A stretch of 64,000 nucleotides of DNA, from the NCBI RefSeq assembly GCF_009914755.1, contig NC_060935.1; one strand, given 5' to 3'. A program made the translations under genes and the position numbers. This DNA comes from the human T2T-CHM13v2.0 reference genome, Homo sapiens. Under the pieces are notes generated by a model that searched no databases, was not told the DNA's origin, and saw only the letters and a list, made by a program, of their open reading frames with translations. Within the stretch, counting starts at the first letter, position 1; every line of letters starts with the position of its first letter. Below are positions 56,870-64,000 of this stretch, piece by piece.

Positions 56870-57290
56870 TGATGTATTTTCGTTGGTCACCTACTATGAG
56901 CCAGATGCTGTTCTGGGCACAGAATATACATCATTGTAAAAAAAAATCACATACACACACACGCACACACACACACAGTCAGTGTCCCTCCCCTCATAGA
57001 GTTCATGGTCTAGTGGAAAAAACAAACTCTAAGTAAGAAATTAAAACTTACATATGAAGAAAAGAGTTCTGACAACACAGAGGAAGGAGTTCAAAACTAG
57101 TTCTAGGAATCAAGGTTTGTTGAGGAAATAAATACCAGTTAAACTAATAACTGAAGGATGAAGAGTTAACTAAATAGATATGAAGGTGTCATTCCATGCA
57201 TGGGGCACAGCATGTGTAAAGGCTTGGAGGTAAGAGCACAGTATGTTAAAGTAACTCCCACAGTCAACTGCTATGAAGAGTAGCTGGTAG
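56870..57290 (-). mobile_element. L2 LINE fragment with (CA)n
   Basis: cacctactatgagccagatgctgttctgggcac...ccctcatagagttcatggtctagtgg...cagcatgtgtaaaggcttggagg. Confidence 0.8.
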
Positions 57291-58026
57291 ATAAAGCAAG
57301 GAATTTGTTCACTGGAGAACTTGAATTTGTGTGCATATGTGCATGTGTGTCAACTCACACACGCATACTGAATGGTTTTTAAACTAGCCATAGAACAAAG
57401 ATAATTCTTCTTCAAAGTAACATTTATCCAGTATTCCATCACTTAAGCAAATCAATAAAACCTATGGGTTCCCTATGAATCATCATCATCAACAACAACA
57501 AAATGTACTCATAAGTTAAAAACACAATTCTGTGAGATAAACAGACACATTTCCTAACTCTAGAAATTTAGAAACCAGTGGTTACTTCTTAGGGGTAATG
57601 TAGATGAGATATTTCCATGAAGAGATGAAGTATGAGGAGCTTCCCAAAGCCAAGAGTCCATGGTTCTATAACAAAGCCACCAGTGATCTAGGCAGAATCT
57701 GGAAAACATTCACATATTTAATATTTAAAAATCAGATTAATATATTTAAAAACTGTTCAATAAAAGGTAAATGCTCTCTGAGAGGGATCACTGACCAAAG
57801 GGTATAAGAAAACAAAGAAACGAGTGTGGAAGGTTTGGGTGAAATGGATGGGCATGGGGGAAGTCAAAATATTGGAAATTTGGGGAAAATTCTGTATATT
57901 AAGATGAAAGAAAAAATTCCATTTCCAGTAAACATGGAATAACGGAGACTAATCGTGACTATCTCTCTCTCAATAGATAGGTAGATAGAGATAGATATAG
58001 ATATATGATGAACATATATATATATA

Positions 58027-59530
<1,504 letters not shown>

Positions 59531-59544
59531 AAAAAAAATATTGT

Positions 59545-59772
59545 TGTGAATCTTGCTGAACTCCCATGTATTGTACTGTGGGTCCACCAGAATTTTGTGT
59601 TCATGGGGCACTGAAAATTCTGTATGCAAATGGGATGGCAAGAATGACGGACACACATATGGCATGTATCTCCTTTGCTCATGAGCATGGTTCATTGTGC
59701 CATCAAACTTAACCTTATAAAACTCAAATTCAAAGATAAATTATTAAACATTTTCAAGACGGCAACAGCAGA
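59545..59772 (-). mobile_element. MER45B/C-like hAT-Tip100 fragment
   Basis: caaattcaaagataaattattaaacattttcaagacggcaacagcaga and gggtccaccagaattttgtgttcatggggca match the recalled reverse MER45 sequence. Confidence 0.65.
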
Positions 59773-59779
59773 CTTTCTA

Positions 59780-60120
59780 TTGTGGCTTAAGTTACTATCA
59801 TTTCCTTTTGGAATACTGCAAGAGCCCACCTAACTGGTTTCTCTGCTACCACTCTTCCCAGCCCCCAACTTTATTTTAATCCTCCCAAAGCTGTTGGATT
59901 GATTGAAAGAATAATAATAAACAGATTATGTCATTCTTTTGCTCAAAATCCTCCAATATTTTCTTCATACCTGGGTATCATGCTGACCCTCTTCTAGTCC
60001 TTGACAAAGCCTACTCCCATATCAGAGTTTTGAAACTTGCTGCTCTCTCTGCCATTAGTTTCATGTGACTGCCTCTTTCTCACCATTTGGAAATCAACTC
60101 AAAACTGTATCTTCAGAATT
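59780..60120 (+). mobile_element. L2 LINE fragment
   Basis: atactgcaagagcccacctaactggtttctctgct...cagattatgtcattcttttgctcaaaatcctccaat. Confidence 0.7.
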
Positions 60121-60559
60121 AGTTAAATAAATTACGAAGCAAAGGAATACTATACAGGAATTTAAAGTGGAAGTGTAGATGTAGATATTGATATGTAAGA
60201 AAATTCACAACATAAGTGTAGTTTGCAAAACATTTTATATAATGGTATCCTATTTCTGTTCTAAAACAAAAATTGACCACAAGTACATACAGAAAACAAT
60301 CTAAAAGAATATACAAAAAATGCAACTATTTTTAGAGATGGTGTTTCAGATGGCTTTTTCTTTTTTTTTACATTTTATGATTTTTTTTGCAATGAATATG
60401 CACATTTTATGTGATTTTTGAAAGTATAAATGAATGAAAATTTAGTACTATGAGACGTATCGCCATGAAGAACCTTGCTTGAACTACCTTAGCTAAATTA
60501 ATTAATCCCTTTCTCATCACTTTTCTTTCCAAAGGAACTAATTACATATGGGTTGCAAT

Positions 60560-60830
60560 AATAGTTGTTCATATTAATGAGCATTTACTTAGTGTCTGAC
60601 ATCTTGTTAGGTACTTTAGACTCATTATTTAACCCCCACAACTAACCTCACCTATGAGCTATGTATCATCATCACTGTTATTATTAGTATGATAATTCTC
60701 CTTTTACAGAGGTGGTATTCAAGGCTCAAATTATTTAGATAATTGGCCAAAAGTTGCACAAGAAGTAAACTACAGAACTGGAATTCAAACCTCTCTCAGA
60801 CTGCCTCAGAAGTCTATGCTATATTGTCTC
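60560..60830 (-). mobile_element. MIR SINE
   Basis: attctccttttacagaggtggtattcaaggctcaa...ctggaattcaaacc. Confidence 0.7.
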
Positions 60831-62547
60831 TCCTCACTCCAAGAGAGTGTTCTTGATTTTGGTTGGCACATATTTTCTCAATAAATTGATACAAAATGGA
60901 GAAGTAAGGAAATCCTCACCCCTTTTTGTCATAGTCAGAAGAACATAGGCAAGCAAGAAGGGTAATTTCAAAATTATTTAAAATTGTGATTAGAATTTCT
61001 TGAATACCATGAATAAAATGTATAGTCTGAAGCTATACTTCTTTAACATGTTTTTGTCCTCGCATCCACTATTCTTATCCCCTCCAGATAACACTCCTGC
61101 AAGACTTAGATCAAGTGCCTTTATTCCTTCCCTTTCCTCCTATTTCTCTTGATTTTCCATGAAAAAGTCCAAAAGAAATCACCTGGAAATTTGAAGTATT
61201 GAAAAGAAAAAGTTACCAAAAACACAAAATTATAAGCCATTTGAGTAGTCAGAAGGAGGTAAAAGGCAAGGAATACTCGTTCTATGAGGTTTTATGTCCA
61301 TCACACAAGGCTATAACCACTATCCTGTGAGAGTTTATGACTTTTTTTTTTTAACATCGTAAGTGCATCATTTGACTCAAAAGTGTTGGGTACTACAGCA
61401 TAACCTTTGAAAAATGTGTTTGGACCATAAAGCAGAGATGAGTAAAAGCCAGAGGGAGGAGAACCGACTTCACAGAGGCAGTGGGATTGGAGTTGAATCT
61501 TGTCAGTTAGATGGCATTTAGGATGAGCACAGAGAGTGAGGTGAGGTCTTCTAGAAGAACAAAGGTACCGACATGGGAACAAGCAGACTCCGGAGGTGGG
61601 CATGGACAGGTGCTAGGTTACCCACACAGTGGAGTTTTCTACAAACAGAAAAGGCAAGTACTGGAATTTATTCTTGGCTCTCTTATTACAGAGCTGATGG
61701 GCCTCCTATGTATTATCTTGGAAAGAAGGATGACAGTGTCTTTCGTCTTTAGATTTTTTTCTAAATTTGTTTTAGTTTAGAAAACTTTTCACTAAAATGT
61801 AATTGAGTACTTAGCCAGATTTCTAGTCATAGGTTAGCAGCCAAATGGACAGTAGATTAGGGAAAATATTTAAAAATAACTAGAAAACCTGCCTTGGGGT
61901 CTAATGAGTTTCCTTAAAATGAGTGAGCAGGTCACATGGCTTTATTTAACTGTAATTTTTGACATGTCTTTTTTCCCCTTTTTCTCATTTTTCATGGTAA
62001 TTTCCAAGTCAACACCAACACAATGAATAAACCACTCTTTGGGATTGTTAGAGCTACAATCAACAGAAATACTGTCTGCTCCACATCTGCTTTAGAATAG
62101 CCACCTTTCAAAATATTTTTTAATCTTGCTTAACGCTCACAGGTTATCCCTAATTGTATAAAGTCTTCCTTGGCTGACATATTTAGAATTCATTTTCCAA
62201 CAAATCTGAAACTATTTTCACAAACCATAACCTTATTTCTTCTAAGTGGCCTCGATGTCATTACTTTCCTTCATTACTTTCACCTTTCATTTTTTATCCA
62301 GTAAATCTCCTGACTGATTTCATATTTGAGGCTTCAATATTTTTGTTATTCCTTAAAGTCTTCGTCCTTTTATTTTTTAGGACTCTATTACACTTCTTGA
62401 TTGACATAGCTTACTCGTTTGTTTCCTCATAATTTTCCTGATTTCATTCTTCAAAAACAATTATCCCAATTTTTCACTGTTGACGTCAATAGATGCTTTC
62501 ATCTCTCATCTTGCATGAAGACCTCTATTTTTTTTTCTTTTTTCTAG

Positions 62548-62684
62548 CAATAGGTCAGAAATTGGACCTTCAAGAAGAAATAGCAAAGAAGGATCATCTT
62601 ACTGTTTTAGAGAGGAGAACTATAACAAGCACTCCTAACTACCAAAGCTGCAAGGAAAAGACTCATGGGTATAGAATTTTTAGG
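62548..62684 (+). other. Candidate internal exon (137 bp), gene unknown
   Basis: Long polypyrimidine tract ending tttctag, donor AGG|gtgagc, one reading frame open throughout; lies in apparently non-repetitive DNA. Confidence 0.35.
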
Positions 62685-64000
62685 GTGAGCTGACATCAAC
62701 AACATGAGCAGCACCTATCAGAATCTTACCACAGGCCTGAGTCAGGCTTTACATGACTACTTTAATCCAGAAGGAAAAACTTCATGAAAGTAGACAGTAG
62801 TTCACACAGGATCAACAAAACGTAAATCAATTAAATAGGCCTGAGGAAAATCAATGAGGAGAATCTATGTGTGGTTATTTGTTTTAAAACATTGTTAGCA
62901 GTGTTTTTAATGTTAGTTTTTCTGATAAGCATACAAGATTTCCTTTTTATTTCTTTTTGATCTATTTCTCATGCTCAGTTTAGCAGGCTATATTTGTGCA
63001 AACTGAAAGGAAACACTCTTTGAATGTTTACTTATTCCCACTGGCCCCGAAAATTAAGTAAAAATATCCTACTGGAATTTTTAATATATATTTTAAACTA
63101 ACGAATCATCGGAGAAACCTGAAGATGTTAATGACTCTGGTTCCTAGAATTCAGAAGAGTGGTTTCATTTCAGGTTAAGCTTAGAAAAGTCATAACTGAC
63201 CTTTGACACAAAAGAAAGAGGTAAGATCCTACTAAAATCAGATCTTACAATTTCCAAGTTTTAATTCATCTGTAAAGAATCAAACTATACTGAAAGATGT
63301 TATCTCTGGCATAATCTATAATGATCCTACAGAAAATATGTAAGATACTAATTGCCTTGTCTACAAAAGTATTTAAAACAGTGAATGGATATTATTACAA
63401 CAACCAGAATTGAGCCTCTTTACCTTTTATGGCAGTGTAATTATTTATGCAGGATTTTTAGGAATCAGTCCTTTTGCCAGTATATAAATGGACAGATCAG
63501 TTGGAAAACACAGACATGTTTGTAATGCCATGTTGGATAATAAATCCCATTTAATCAGCTATGAAGGGCCCACCATTAAGGAGCAAGGGTTGTGCTTTGT
63601 ATGTGGAATCAATACCTACAAAGCCCTCTTAGGAGGTCTGTGGCTTTCAGCTGACAGTAAAGAAGGTCACTTCCTGCCAGGCCAGGAATCTTACTGAACT
63701 GGGGGATGTTGCAGAGGCAAAGTTCATTACAGTTATAGGTACTGCAGGTAAAACCTAGTGGAGAAAAACTTCTTAGTCTCTTAGCCTCAGGAAAAATGAG
63801 CTAATAATAGTAGAAACAAACATCTAAAATAATAAAGACTTGAATATGCAACCCTAGATGCTTACATTCTTTACAGAACCTCCAGGCAGAAATTAATTAG
63901 GTGAGTTTCTCTCTAGTTTTGCTGAAAATACAATAAAAGTGTTTATGATACAACAGTTCTTGCTATCTACATGTGAATAAATCAGTCCAAATATAACAGA

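Overview
AT-rich, repeat-dominated primate (human-like) intronic or intergenic DNA with no recognisable host protein-coding gene. All repeat family names come from my recall of consensus sequences, not a database search, and boundaries of old repeats are approximate. Main elements: a full-length but inactivated L1PA3-type LINE-1 (29587-35625, minus; 14-bp TSD, intact YY1 site, open ORF0); a complete two-LTR MER57A provirus (12941-18869, minus; ACAG TSD, tRNA-Leu PBS); a near full-length Tigger4 DNA transposon (37874-40548); a nested Arthur1B > MER4-group LTR > THE1C cluster; solo LTRs (MLT1A0, MER9, MLT1D, MSTD); Alus; old L1M, L2 and MIR fossils; and a MamSINE1. I found no evidence of a new multi-gene system. 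The most unusual observations are structural: a 1.8-kb TA-rich, hairpin-rich satellite apparently built from the terminal bases of the adjacent Tigger4 inverted repeat; a ~100-bp micro-inversion revealed by a flipped LTR end and its TSD; a ~104-bp out-of-order copy inside an old L1; a twin-primed L1PA insertion; a head-to-head Alu pair 59 bp apart; and two candidate + strand exons that could be joined to L1 antisense/ORF0 transcripts (speculative).
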